A model generated the notes under the pieces. The model was not told the origin of the DNA. It saw nothing but the letters and a program-made list of their open reading frames with translations, and ran no database searches. 64,000 bases of DNA, taken from Octopus sinensis (Eukaryota). Both the position numbers and the translations under genes were made by a program. The stretch is from contig NC_043003.1 of the NCBI RefSeq assembly GCF_006345805.1, forward strand, positions 36,394,001 to 36,458,000. The letters are read 5' to 3'. Positions 13,290 to 26,127 of this stretch are shown here, in pieces; within the stretch, counting starts at the first letter, position 1, and every line of letters begins with the position of its first letter.

Positions 13290-13840
13290 TCAAAATGAAA
13301 TTATCAAGGAGTCGATTGTGAAGGAGTGATACTCAAGCTGCGAAACCACGGAGGCATTAATTTCAAATCTTATACGTAACTCTGTTGTTTCTTCCTGGTA
13401 GACTGACATTCGAATGATTTGAAAGGAAGATTTCAAAAGTAACTAGTAGCGACTTCTCTTCAAAATGGACAAAATTTGGCATCGTGGTGTTATCAATCAA
13501 GTACCTGCAGAAAAAAGATTTAACTCCCAACAGCATTCTCGCAAACATAGTTCCTACATGATGTCCCTAGATTTATCAATGGTGCAAAAGTGGGTAGCTG
13601 AGTTTAGGAGGGGAAAGAGAGTACCTTGAAGATGACTCAAGATCTATTTCTGCAGCTGTCACAAAACGCAGAAACATTGATAGTATTTCCACACAGGGAT
13701 GGATGAGAGGCAATTGACTATTAATCAACTATACAAGCTCTTACCATATCCCGCGACAGAGTTGAGAATATTCTGCACAATGAACTTAGCATGACGAAGG
13801 TTTCTGCTCCGTGGATACCACGTCTTCTGACACCTGATCA
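13290..13840 (+). mobile_element. mariner transposon 5' fragment (irritans/Himar1-like), pseudogenised
   Basis: From ATG 13465 with frameshifts: MDKIWHRGVI~KYLQKKDLTP...VQKWVAEFRRGK~LEDD...HNELSMTKVSAPWIPRLLTPD, i.e. the HTH region plus a WVPRLL-type motif. Confidence 0.88.
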
Positions 13841-13884
13841 TACACACACAGTGTGAACTCATTTCATTTGACTAATGCAACAGA

Positions 13885-13940
13885 ATTAAGGCGGTGTCCC
13901 AGCATGGCCGCAGTCTAATGACAGAAACAATGAAACAAGT
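13885..13940 (+). mobile_element. SINE 3' end fragment
   Basis: AAGGCGGTGTCCCAGCATGGCCGCAGTCTAATGACAGAAAC matches the tail of the 60315 family. Confidence 0.7.
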
Positions 13941-14071
13941 TGAAGTGATATATGTGTGTGTGTATTTGTGTATGTATGTGCGCGCGTGAGTAGATATAAT
14001 TCCATATATGTATGTGTGCATACGTGTCTGTTTTGTGTATACTTTCATGCATTGTCCTGAATTAATTTAGG

Positions 14072-14385
14072 TACATTACATTACATATTCCGTAGTCTAC
14101 CTGGCCATTGGGGCACCACTGATGACTCTGTGACCAGATCCCTCCAACGCTCTGTCTTATGCCTCTTGCATTGCGTCTCGAATCCTTAGGGCTATCCACT
14201 CGCAGATGTTGTTTTCCCACCTCTTTCTCTGTCTGCCTCTGTATCTGCCAACTTTCACTGTTCTCTGGAGGATTGTGTTGGCCATCCCTGATGAGCGGGT
14301 GGCATGTCCAAGCCACCTGAGTTTGCGTTTCTTTATTGAGGTAATAAGTTCATATAGGGCCCTTATGCCTGCCTGATTCTTCTTT
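14072..14385 (-). mobile_element. RTE-clade LINE 3' end
   Basis: Minus translation IKKRKLRWLGHATRSSGMANTILQRTVKVGRYRGRQRKRWENNICEW, typical of the RTE/BovB C-terminus; (TGTAA)n tail. Confidence 0.88.
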
Positions 14386-14681
14386 TCACTTCATTTGTGC
14401 TACGATCTCTGAATTTTCCCATCAGTGTCGTGAATCATTTCGTCTATGCAGTATGTAAAAGAAAAGTACAATCTGTATAATCTGTATAATCTGTATAATC
14501 AAACACTTTTCAGTGAGATTACAAAACTAATTAAACCATACAGCTAACCATGTTCTTAAACAAGAATTGTCTAAATCTTAAACAATTGTAATATTTGCAA
14601 CACAATGATTCATTTTTCAACCTCAATAATTGGCAGTTCGCACTGAAACGCTTTCCCAAGTATTGGGCAAATATGTGTCTC

Positions 14682-14683
<2 letters not shown>

Positions 14684-14713
<30 letters not shown>

Positions 14714-15105
14714 CTTCTTCTTCTTCTTCTTCTTTTCTTATTCTTCTTCTTCTTCTTCTTCTTTCTTCTTTTCTTCTTCTGCTGACTGTTCTTCGTCTTC
14801 TTTTCTTCTTCTTCTTCTTTTTACTTCGCTTTTCTTTTTCTTTTCTTCTTCGTTCGCTGCTGCTCTTCTTACTTCTTCTTATTATTCTTCTTCTTCTTCT
14901 TCGTCTTCTTTTCTTCTTCTTCTCTTCTTCTTCTTCTTCGTCTTCTCCTTCTTCTTCTTCTTCTTCTTCTTACGATACTATTACTATACTTTTTTCTCTT
15001 CTACTACTACTAATTCTTTTCTTCTTCTTCTTCTTCTTCTTCTTCTACTACTATTACTACTACTACTTTTTCTTCTTCTACTACTACTAATTCTTTTCTT
15101 CTTCT

Positions 15106-15138
<33 letters not shown>

Positions 15139-15235
15139 ACTACTACTACATCTTCTTTTCTTCTTTTTCTTCTTATCATCATCATCATCATTATCATCAT
15201 CATTATTATTATTCTTGTTTTTGTTGTTATCATCA
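14684..15235. repeat. compound trinucleotide microsatellite (TTC/CTA/ATC)n
   Basis: Directly visible; explains the 215-aa poly-F/S/L ORF. Confidence 0.97.
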
Positions 15236-15693
15236 ATATTGATATCATGACATTCTATAGGGAAAAGTACGTAAGTCAGTTTGCAAAAATAAGTATTGAT
15301 ATTTAATGCCAAAATTGCTTCTAAATTAGCGGATATTTTGTAAAAAATAGAGAACTAAAGAAGTATCGTTCGGATTTTATATAACATTGAATTAGAAAAT
15401 ACGCACATGGATATACGTATTTTGACGCGAATTTAATTATGAATTTTATGATATTTAACGCATGTAATGGTTTCATTGCAAAAGGATACAAAAATTTAGA
15501 ACTCATATTAAATTGCAAAATATTATTGGTAAAATATTACCCGTGCCATTTTCAAGTCACTATAAATATTGCAATAAAACTATTCCAACATTATTAGAAT
15601 TTCTATTCATTTCATATTGCAGAACCAGTAAGGAATTACGTAATATATAAACAATACACCACACACGTAATATATGTAAATATATATGTATCG

Positions 15694-15737
<44 letters not shown>

Positions 15738-15769
15738 ATGTTTATATGGTGTCATGTATAAGTGTATCT

Positions 15770-15823
<54 letters not shown>

Positions 15824-15894
15824 ACATGAAACATAATAAATTGGAGGTAAATGGATATTGATATTAATGCATTGACTATTGCTAAGTTAGACTG

Positions 15895-16060
15895 AGACGG
15901 CAAACTGGCAGAATCGTTAGCACGCCAAGAAAATGGTTATCGCCATTTCGTCCGATTTAACTCTCTGACTTCAAATTATACCGCGATCTACCTTACCTTT
16001 CATCCTTTCATATACACCAGTTGGCCTCCTTGATCGATGTAATCGACTTAACACTCTCCT
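15895..16060 (+). mobile_element. Nin/Deu-type SINE, decayed
   Basis: CTGGCAGAATCGTTAGCACGCC...ACTTCAAATT...CCTTTCATCCTTTC...ATCGATGTAATCGACTTA. Confidence 0.8.
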
Positions 16061-16699
16061 AAATTATTTTAAATTTATTATTCTAAGTAAACTAGGCTCG
16101 TTTTATATTCTTTTTCTTCTCTTTCTACTCTCCCTTGATCCACCTGAGCTTCATTCTCATATCTGACGAAGGAATATGATCGAAAAGTTATTCTTCTGTC
16201 TTTAATATTTACCCTGCTTGAACCCCAATGATATTAACTATGAAGTCCCTTGGATTAATTTTGATTTAGAAGGTACAATTTGTTTTGTTACATGTATGTA
16301 TCCAATCTCTCTATCTGCACATATGTATATATATATATATATATATGTCCTAAAAAATAATTTTCAAAATCCTATCCTTGAGTGTCTAATGCTTCCTGAG
16401 ATAAATATTTTAAAACAAATGTCATCGATTCTCAATCATATAAGCACTTTTACGCCGACACTCACGCTAACACATGTATATATATAGTTAGACATCCACA
16501 CATATGCATAGAATCATAGATATAAAATGGGCGCTAAAATATTGATTTGTATTCAGGATATAAACAACTCACACAGGGGAGCTGTTGTACTAAGGAAGAG
16601 GGCCACATGTTCACCTAAAATTAATTTCGTTGCGTATATAATTACGTAAAGCATATATAGAATTAAGATTTTCCTGAGTGACTAGTACAAATTCACTCA

Positions 16700-16910
16700 T
16701 AGAGACTCTCCAGTCTCTCTTATACCTCCACCTTTGTTATCCATACAATAATGGCCTGTCATCCTCGAAGCTAGATACACTATTGCCTTCTCTCAAAAGG
16801 CTTCCTGTGTTATTAGTCTCTCTCCCTCCATTCATCCTTTAGGTATCCTACCAATCAGACCAAACATTAATCTCTAATGCAAATCCTTCCTTGTATATAT
16901 AATCCATGGA
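16700..16910 (+). mobile_element. heavily decayed CR1/Jockey-group LINE 3' fragment
   Basis: Translates HLCYPYNNGLSSSKLDTL...LSPSIHP, resembling the LFYRYYNGxCSxEL...SHPF C-terminal motif (recalled). Confidence 0.45.
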
Positions 16911-17060
16911 ATTTACAAGCATGTGTCCATCTATCTGTCACTCTCTCTTTCTATCAGTAGAAGTATAAATAGATATAAATACACATATATATGCATATAA
17001 TATATATATATATTATTTATATATATATATTATATATATATATATTATATTATATTATTA

Positions 17061-17480
17061 TAACTTAGAATAACTTAGAAAGTTTTGGCCAGTATTGGCC
17101 AGGCCATGTCTAACTTAATAGCACACCTGGTGAAGTCTTTCAGTTCAGGATTTGGGCACCAAGGCCCATTCGAGCACAGAGTTATTGTTTGCGGAGACAT
17201 ATCCGGGTGTGGGTGGTTTGTCCGGTACTGTTTGAAGGAATTTGTCAAAGACTTCTTGAATTTTGTGTGGTCAGTTTCTTTTTTGACGTGCCTGGGGTAA
17301 TTTGAAGAGAGCAGGTCCAATTGAGGTGAAATAGTTGTGCCGTATTGTCGTTATGTGATGCGATTTAGATTTTTGTTGTGGACGGATGGCACGTGGTCCA
17401 AGCCTTGGATGCATTTTGAAGGTGATGCCAACATCATTCGGACAGTGCTGGTGGAATATTTTCCACATCATACAGATAAT
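17061..17480 (-). mobile_element. CR1-clade LINE 3' end
   Basis: ICMMWKIFHQHCPNDVGITFKMHPRLGPRAIRP...RHNYFTSIGPALFKLP~HVKKETDHTKFKKSL, typical post-RT CR1 tail; short tandem tail (TTCTAAGTTA)2. Confidence 0.8.
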
Positions 17481-17569
17481 GTTATATATATATATATATA
17501 TATATATTGCGGCATTCCTTAAGGCTTGAGATATCGGACACCCGCTGAGGGCTCGCAAAACTTTGAATA

Positions 17570-17885
17570 TCACGGAACCAAAGCGTTGTGAGGGGAGTTG
17601 GTGGATGGAACTAGTAGAAGCCCATCGTATATATATACATATATATATAATATATATATATCTATATATATATATATATATATATAGTTATATATAGTGT
17701 GTGTATATATAATTGCGAGTGTTTTTGTCTATATTTCTCCTCCTCACCATCGATTGACAACAGATTTTGGTTTCTTTACGTCCGTGTAATCTAACAGTTA
17801 AGCAATAAACGACCGATAGAATTATCACCAGGCTACGGAGATAATTCGAGGAGTCAATTTCCGACTGAAAGGCTGTGCTCCAGGA
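17570..17885 (+). mobile_element. decayed SINE with internal microsatellite (60315 family)
   Basis: ACCAAAGCGTTGTGAGGGGAGTTGG...AGAAGCCCATCGT-(TA)n...TTGACAACAGAT...TTTACGTCCGTGTAA...GACCGATAGAAT...AAGGCTGTGCTCCAG. Confidence 0.7.
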
Positions 17886-17914
17886 TATAGATATAACCCA
17901 ATAGATAGAGGGAT

Positions 17915-17917
17915 GGG

Positions 17918-17973
<56 letters not shown>

Positions 17974-18059
17974 AACCAACAATTCTGTCTTTTCTCTGAG
18001 CGTCTTATTCAACATTGCTAGTGTTACACCCACACGATTTTCTCTATGTTATTAATTGA

Positions 18060-18093
<34 letters not shown>

Positions 18094-18109
18094 TATATAT
18101 ATATAATAT

Positions 18110-18167
<58 letters not shown>

Positions 18168-18173
18168 TATATA

Positions 18174-18224
<51 letters not shown>

Positions 18225-18270
18225 TATATATATATATGTATATATACATACATGCATATCTATATATATT
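17915..18270. repeat. (GATA)n followed by a long (AT)n microsatellite
   Basis: Directly visible. Confidence 0.95.
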
Positions 18271-18526
18271 AGAAGAAATGAGGTAATCAGAAGATCGAAT
18301 GGTTTATATTTACAGATATTTATTTATATATTACATTTTTTACATATATATCATATCATTTAGATCATTAGCGCTTTCTCCCATTCCAGTGGGGTTTTCA
18401 AATCAAAATAATTCCTTTGTGGGGAATTTTAATCATTTTATAGAGTTTCGTAGTGGTGGGGAGGAACAAAACAGCACAAGAGGGTGAAGTGGATGAAGAG
18501 GAAGTGAGAGATAGGACATGTGTGTA

Positions 18527-18558
<32 letters not shown>

Positions 18559-18816
18559 CCGTGTTTGAATCTGAGGCTAAAGAGAAAGAGGGGAAGGGAG
18601 AGGGAAGAAGAAGGATTTCCTTTGGACTCCAAGGGGGTTCTAAGAATTTTAGCTTTGACCATTTCAGTGTCACTGAGTGTGTGTTGGTGGGTAGGCAGGC
18701 CATAAATTACACCTTTTATGATTTTGAGGATGGTCAAATGCCGTTTGGGGTCTAAGAACTCCTTCTACTTTTTTTGATCGTTTTGTGGAGGTGTGTGTGT
18801 GTGTCTGTGTGTCCGT

Positions 18817-18860
<44 letters not shown>

Positions 18861-19169
18861 GTGTGTGCGTGTGTGTGTGTCTCTGTGTGTTTGGAGAAGG
18901 GGAGAGAGACAAATAGAGAAAAGGGAAAAGAAAAATAAGGGAGGAAGGGGAGAGAAAAAATGTTTGTGTTGATATTTGTACCGCTACATATATATACACA
19001 GACTTATACATGAAATATTTGAAAAAAAACCTTTTATCGGTTCAAAATGAACAACCAAATTACACCATCTTAGAAATTGTATATCATAGGAAAGTTAAAA
19101 TTAAAGTGACAATTAAAAAGTAAAGATGGAAGTAAATTATAAAAATAATAATATAATGTATATAACAGG

Positions 19170-19210
<41 letters not shown>

Positions 19211-19607
19211 TATAATATTATATATATGACACATATATATATATACACCATACAGACATATATAAATGGTTCTACTATATTAGATTGTAAATCGAAAGAT
19301 GTGTCCTTCAATGTCACTATATATATATATATATATTTCAACAATTGAGGGCAAAATTAATTAATTATTAATCAATTTCACCAAGTGTTCAGTATAATAT
19401 ATATATATATATATGCTTACACATGAAATATTAGAAGTATATATATATATATATATACTTAAATACGCTTTCACGTGTATAAATCTAAATATGTTTGCAT
19501 ATATGTGGGGTGGGGTAGCACGTTTTAAAAAATGAAATAGAAAATTAGAAATATATATTTTACACATATATGCATGCATATACATACAGATACACACACA
19601 TACAGAT

Positions 19608-19641
<34 letters not shown>

Positions 19642-20366
19642 GTATATATTATAAGTGTGTTTGTGTGTTTTATGTTTGCATGTGCGTATATGTATATATG
19701 TGCGTGAAGTGCATATATGCACTGATATTTATATATTCAAACTTTCCAGTATACATACCTACGAAATATAAGGGAGTATATTTTAATGTGCTTTGGGGGA
19801 AAAAATTATATTTAGTATTACGATGCAAACCATGCGCACTTAACCTTTGTTAAAGAGTATAAGAAATTTGTTGAGCTTTTCCATAGGTGTTCCTGTATTT
19901 AAATAATGTGTGATTATGTTGCTAGTTGAGAGAAGAATATCCACTGTTGCACAACCATTAGCACTAAATATATGTTCTTGATTGCATAATTATTTCCAAA
20001 TTGAAAGGCAACTTTTTAAAGTGTGATCTTTAACGAAATAAATTAATTCGTACGATAGACGAAGATTTTTCACATTACAAAGTATTTGATTCGCATACGT
20101 ATTTAGTGTTATGTATTTACTTGCGCGTAGATAATCACAGACGAATATTTATGATTGTATGTACGACTTTACATTCAATAATGCGTGTATATATGCGTGT
20201 GTGTGTGCGTGCGTGTGTCTGTGTAATGTGTGTATTCGTGCGTGTATGTGCGACTGATTGTACGACTGCAGTCATACATTAAAAATCACAACTCAACGTA
20301 TATGTATACATATATACATACATATATGTATGTATATATATTATATATATATATATATAATATATA

Positions 20367-20408
<42 letters not shown>

Positions 20409-20523
20409 ATATATATATATACGCACGCAGACACTCAAATATACACACACATATGTATACATAGAAATATAATTACACACAGGCACCCAGACACATACAT
20501 GTTATTCACTGAAATGATTATTA

Positions 20524-20555
<32 letters not shown>

Positions 20556-20583
20556 TATTATTATTATTATATTATTATTATTA

Positions 20584-20615
<32 letters not shown>

Positions 20616-20670
20616 CGTTATTATTACTATCAATAATATAAATACGCTAAATTGTTGTTTTTGTACGTAC

Positions 20671-21230
20671 CTGATGTGTGCGTCACACTTCTGATGTGGC
20701 AAAGCGAGAGAGAGAGAGAGGAAGACAGAGAGAAAGTAAACGAAAAAGAGAGAGTGAGAGAGAAAGAGAGTGAGAGGGAAAGTGAGAGTGTGAGAGAGTG
20801 AAAGAGACAGTAAGTGGTGACGGTTTTCGTTTTGTGTCTTTAAATGTTTCAGAGAGGACGTAAGAGAGAAAGAAATTGAGTGAGAATGTAAGAGAATGAG
20901 ATAGAAAGAGAGAGAGAGAAGGGAGAGATTGGTGACGGCGTTCGTTTTGACCAATATCAAAGTAAGAGTTATGACACTCAATTGGGATAACAGACAAGGC
21001 CAAAAACGTGGTGTGACATACACACAAAATATTGTCTACAATGAAGTACTGTGAGGACGAACACTGCACCAGCTAGCATCACCACTACACCGGCCGCTCC
21101 ATCATTACACATGCGCATTACACCTTTAAGATCGAGGAACCAGTTAGGGGACCGTGGCATCTCTCTCAGCATACCAGCAAACCACAAAATCGAGGCGGCG
21201 ACGGCGGCGGCAGCATCAGCAGCAGCAGCA

Positions 21231-21283
<53 letters not shown>

Positions 21284-21571
21284 TCGTAAAACAATTCCAA
21301 GCCACTTTAGTTTGTCGTGATGTCTTGACGTTTGGCGACAAGTCTCTTCGAATCACATTCCTAGCGCACGCAGACGAAAAACTGGGTCTTCATTGTAGGT
21401 TAACTTATCTGAAAAAAGAGAGATCTTCCGAACAATATCTTTTCACAATACGCTTGTGTGTTGGAGGACATTTGGATTAATAAGCACAATATTTCGGTGT
21501 AATTGACGCTTTTCTGCAGTAAATCAATCGGCTCTAATTCAAACACATATAAACTTCTGTTTTACTCTAAG
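20671..21571. promoter_or_regulatory. CpG/GC-rich promoter or first-exon-like island, possibly bidirectional
   Basis: Raised GC and CpG; CCAAT motifs on both strands (about 20928 and 20952); (GA)n, (GCG/GCA)n and (AGT)n tracts typical of 5' UTRs. Outward-facing splice donors: minus CAG|GTACGT at 20671/20670 and plus AAG|GTAAAC at 21571/21572. Confidence 0.45.
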
Positions 21572-21770
21572 GTAAACCGCAAGCAAAATATTTACAGTGG
21601 GTGCTTACAGTGGGTTTCCAAACCGACGACAATTTATTACAAGAAATAAAATCACTGAGAATCAAAATATTGGTAGATGCTAGAGAAATCAGGGCAACTT
21701 TATGAGACGCAAATAACTAAGTGGTACCTATTAGCGGAAATTCGACAGTAATATAGAAACAATGTACGTA

Positions 21771-22996
21771 TTAGGTCGTTAAGTATGAAATTTCTAGAAA
21801 AGAATAAAAAGTTTGCCAATGTTTTATGAACAAAAGGAATAGTTTTGTTCGTCAAATTATGCACACACATTGTCAATAGACTTTTGCCATTTCAGCCTTG
21901 CAATCTAGAGTCAATAAAATCTTAGTAGGCCTGTTTTATAGCATCATCGGAATTAAATTTTTTTCCTATCAAAACGTTATCCAAATTCAGGAAGAAGTGG
22001 TAGTCAGTGGGAGCAAGATCGGGTGAGGATGGAGGACGATGGAGAACTTCCAACTCCAACTGCTGTAGTTTCGCCAATGTCATTTTTGCGATGTGTGCTC
22101 TGGCGTTGTCATGCAATAAAATAGAAGTGGATCTGTTGACTAATGCAGGCTGTTTTTTTGTAAGTTTCTGCATTATTTGGTGTAGTTGGCTGCAGTGTAT
22201 GTCGGCCGTGATTGATGAGCCAGGTTTAATGAAATCATAATGGATCACACCTGCACCAGACCACCAAACACACACTATCTGCTTCTTTTGATGAATTTTG
22301 CTTTTTGGACTGTTTTGTTGGCTCGTCTTTGTTCAACCATTGTGCTTAAAGTTTACAGTTTTTGTATTGAATCCATTTCTCATCACATGTTACAATTCGA
22401 TTAAAAAATGATTTATTTTAGTGACGAGGAAGTAGCATAAGGCAGGCTTCCAAACGTTGCTGTTTTTTGGTTTTCATTGAGTTCATGTAGAACGCACTTA
22501 TCCAACTTTTTCACTTTACCGATTTGAACTAAGTCAATATTGTTTGCTTGCTGACACCAAATAACAACGATAATTCACATGCACTTTGAAATGGATCTGA
22601 TTCGAAGGTAGCTTTCAGTTCGTCATTATCCACCTGTCGACCGTGTTACTCATTTGTGAGGTCAAATTTACCAGAACGACACTTTGTAAACCAATTTGAT
22701 ACTGTCTGCTGCGTAATAATATTAGAATGAAATACTCCATTAATATTCCGAACTGTCTGTGATGCTGTATTTCCAAGAAAGAACCCATATTTCAAAACTG
22801 TACGAATTTCCGACTTATCCATCTCTAAACAAAAATAGCAAAAAATGATTTATAAATACTTCATAAAGCGCAAAATGAGTTAGAATAAAGAAATATATGT
22901 GTCCGCTTTCTAACAAAAAATAAAGATTGTCAAAATATAATATTGGCGCAAAATGAACAGTTTACCTTACTACAAATTTCATACTTGACGATCTAA
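21771..22996 (-). mobile_element. full-length non-functional mariner transposon (cecropia/Hsmar1-like)
   Basis: 27-bp TIRs TTAGGTCGTTAAGTATGAAATTTCTAG (21771-21797) and 22970-22996 with 3 mismatches; TA on both sides; 1226 bp. Confidence 0.95.
21850..22822 (-). pseudogene. mariner DD34D transposase pseudogene
   Basis: MDKSEIRTVLKYGF...WFTKCRSGKFDLTNE*...KLDKCVLHEL (WVPHEL motif)...ILLHDNARAH...HRPPSSPDLAPTDYHFF (YSPDL motif); stops and frameshifts. Confidence 0.93.
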
Positions 22997-23334
22997 TAGT
23001 AGTCGAGTTATGTCCCTTGAAGCTATTTTGCTGCTGACACATTACTTTCTATAAGATTCATTTTACGCTATAATAACATGGCCCGAAGATCTTCATGTAT
23101 ATACGTATGCGTTTAAGCGTATCTGCTTGAGCGATATGTGCGTATGCAATGCATGCATAGAAGGAATTCATGGGTATATGTATTTTATTCGATAGTGGTT
23201 TATGACAGATGGTTACTCTTCCTATCGTGAGTAATACTTTGGTTATCGTCTACAATATTCTACAATGTAAGGGTGGTTGGAAAATGCACATCGTTGTCCA
23301 CTCCATGTGAAGAGATGTATTTTGTTTTCCATGA

Positions 23335-23464
23335 AAGAATATTGGTGAAGGTGTACTATTTAATTATGATTTATAAAACAGTGGAATAAACGTGCCAGGG
23401 AAGAATATTGGCTAGGATGTACAAACTAATTATGATGTGTAAAACAGTGGAATAAATGCAAGGG
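23335..23464. repeat. diverged tandem duplication of about 65 bp
   Basis: AAGAATATTGG...TAATTATGAT...TAAAACAGTGGAATAAA occurs twice (23335-23400, 23401-23464). Confidence 0.85.
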
Positions 23465-26127
23465 AATTTCAATGGGACATTCCTCATAAATCACACCCTA
23501 GAAGCTTTCAATGCGTGTGTGCATCTTGTACAGCTTTATTCTAAATTCAGCATTGATCAGCAGCTCTATGATCAAATTCATTCAGCTTTGTACTTTTCAC
23601 CTTTTTTAAAATCCAATTTATCCCTATTTTAACGAGGATAATTTATGCTCTGAGGAATATTCAGCTGCGATTTCTGGATGGCTCAGCGATCAAGCATAGA
23701 CTCTCACATTGGCTGCGTGTCTATCTATGATTATTTTTAATGCATCAATGAATGATGATAGACATTTATCTCCGATTATTGCATCCTCAAGGTGATTACT
23801 TTAAATATAGTGTAGTGACCTTACAGATGATGTTTTAAATATTCAAAGTAAGCCATTGTCAAGTTTCTAATCAAGTAAATAATTAAATGAACGAAATCCC
23901 CGAAGGAAAGCAGTAGTATTACAAATTGATTTTTTCGCGATTAGCAGATCGGTAACAGTATTTTCTCTTTTAGTCTTCATCCTATGTATCCCAAAATATA
24001 GTAATATTAACTAAATAATGTAGACAGTGTCATCTATCTGTCTGATAGTCTGATGAGTTGTAGCAAGCAAGATTGCCTGTGTCTGAAATCTTTTAAAGTA
24101 TTTTTGATGCTTAATTGATATTTTCTTTGTGAGAAATTCTTTTATTAAAAGTATTACTTGAGAACAGAGATAGCATATGTAAGCTGGTCGACTCAGAAAC
24201 TATTATGTTTCAGTAAATTCACAAATGTGGTACGTACACTGCTTTTAAGAGCATTTAATGCTGTTTAATTTTATTACGAAGAGTAAGTAACTGGACATTG
24301 TGACTTTACTTGGGGTGAACTAGTACAACTACAATTTACAATTAGCAGACTAGTAATTAGTTTACAGAGACAGCCATATTGGTGTGTAAATATAGAGACA
24401 CAGATTTATGTCTAGACACAAAAAAAACGTCTAAAGACTTAATATCTTCAGTTTTGATTACCTGATAGAATAGTTCTATGCTTTAGTTTTAGAAATATTG
24501 CATGCCTTAAGAGGATCTTTGCAGATCTCTGTCTGACATTTGATTACAAGAGAATTAGGAAATGCTATTAAGTTTGTCTGGCTTGACTTTCCTTAAATAG
24601 TTTCGGGAAATAACTGCACGTCTCTTCATTCTAAAGAACTGAAGACTCGACATCCTTGACCTAGAGTCTAGAAAGCACACACGAAAGAAAATAGACATTA
24701 CCGCTTTACTTCGGTTTAGTCCATATGCCACTATATTTGACAGTTAACTGACAGAGTCGTTGGACTGTCGGTCGAAGTAACTGTTTGTTACCATTGGCAG
24801 TGATCTGATTTCAAATCCTAGGAATGCCTACTTCAGTGTTAGACTTAATCAACAATCTAGCACATTGTTGATGCTTTTAATGGAACCCACTTACTTACAG
24901 GGTTCCGGTTTGAGAATACTTAACCAGACTCGAAAGTTCTGTAAAATATCATGATACTATGTATTGACTCCTTTCCTGGGGTTGGGGATAGGATCATATA
25001 GATGCAGATAATATGGAACATTAGATTTCATATGTATCATAATTTTCGCACTAGATTTTCAATTTAACATTAATTGCGCTCAACACAACGATTGGAAAGA
25101 GGAAGAAAATTTGGGGTAAGTTCATATTACCCAACTACAAAAACCAAGTATAAAAAATAAACCAAGGATAAAAGAATATTATTTCGTGAAGGATAAGAAC
25201 GCACTGCAATTATCATCTTTTAATATAACACAGGACTACAACTTCAAACTATTCAGATTTATCCCATATCGTACGCTGGAGTTACGTATTTCTTTCTGGT
25301 TATATATACTTACAGAGTTACAGAAAAGAAAGAGAGAGAGAGAGAGGGAGAGAGGGAGAGAGAGAGACATGAATAGATAGCTAGAGAGGCAGAGAGAAAG
25401 GGAGAGAGAGAGTTTTCTGATTCAATCAGACTTTGTCTCTCAATTTGAGTTTCATTCACTCGACACTTTGGAGCGCCCCTCTTATATTTGGTTAACACAA
25501 TGCAAATTTCGTACGCGCGTAACACACACATACGCATACACACACACACACACAAACAATTTTAATATGTGAGTATGTATGTATACATCAATGATACCCC
25601 AATGAAAATGAATACGACAATATCAATTAAGAACATAAAAGATACTATAACATATATATTTGTGTCTCAAAATATTAACAAAATTATAAAAGCCATTAAG
25701 CACGCGCACATTAATCTAAACGAAAGCTTATAATAATTCAATTCTGTTTAAAAAATATATATAAATATGTAGATATTATAATCACATTATTTGCAAACGT
25801 CAGCTTGTCTTCTACTGCGCTGATGAATCTCTTGTTTACTTAATGACATAAGTCACAAATAATTTCCATAGCTCTTGAGAGTTTTTACGTCAATGAAAGA
25901 TACGCAGGTAAACGCAGACAATGTAATAATAGCTAGTTGACTGGACAGCAATATATAAGAAAAATTATATTAGATAAATGCATTGAAGACTAATTGATAA
26001 AGCTTGTCCAAATGCCGTTAATATTTTGGTAAGTAAAGAAGGAAAACTTTTTAAATATTAATACCTAGATATTGAAATACTGCGATGAAAATATACACAA
26101 AGAAAAGTTACAGGAGTTTTGAAGCAT

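Noticed and set aside
14595-15242. Longest ORF (215 aa) and the many YIYI, HTHT, poly-R/E/H/N ORFs
   Set aside because: Translations of microsatellites that lack stop codons by composition.
21051-21480. Ala/Gln/Ser-rich ORFs suggestive of a transcription-factor N-terminus
   Set aside because: Non-ATG starts or early stops, no DNA-binding domain; better read as UTR-type repeats.
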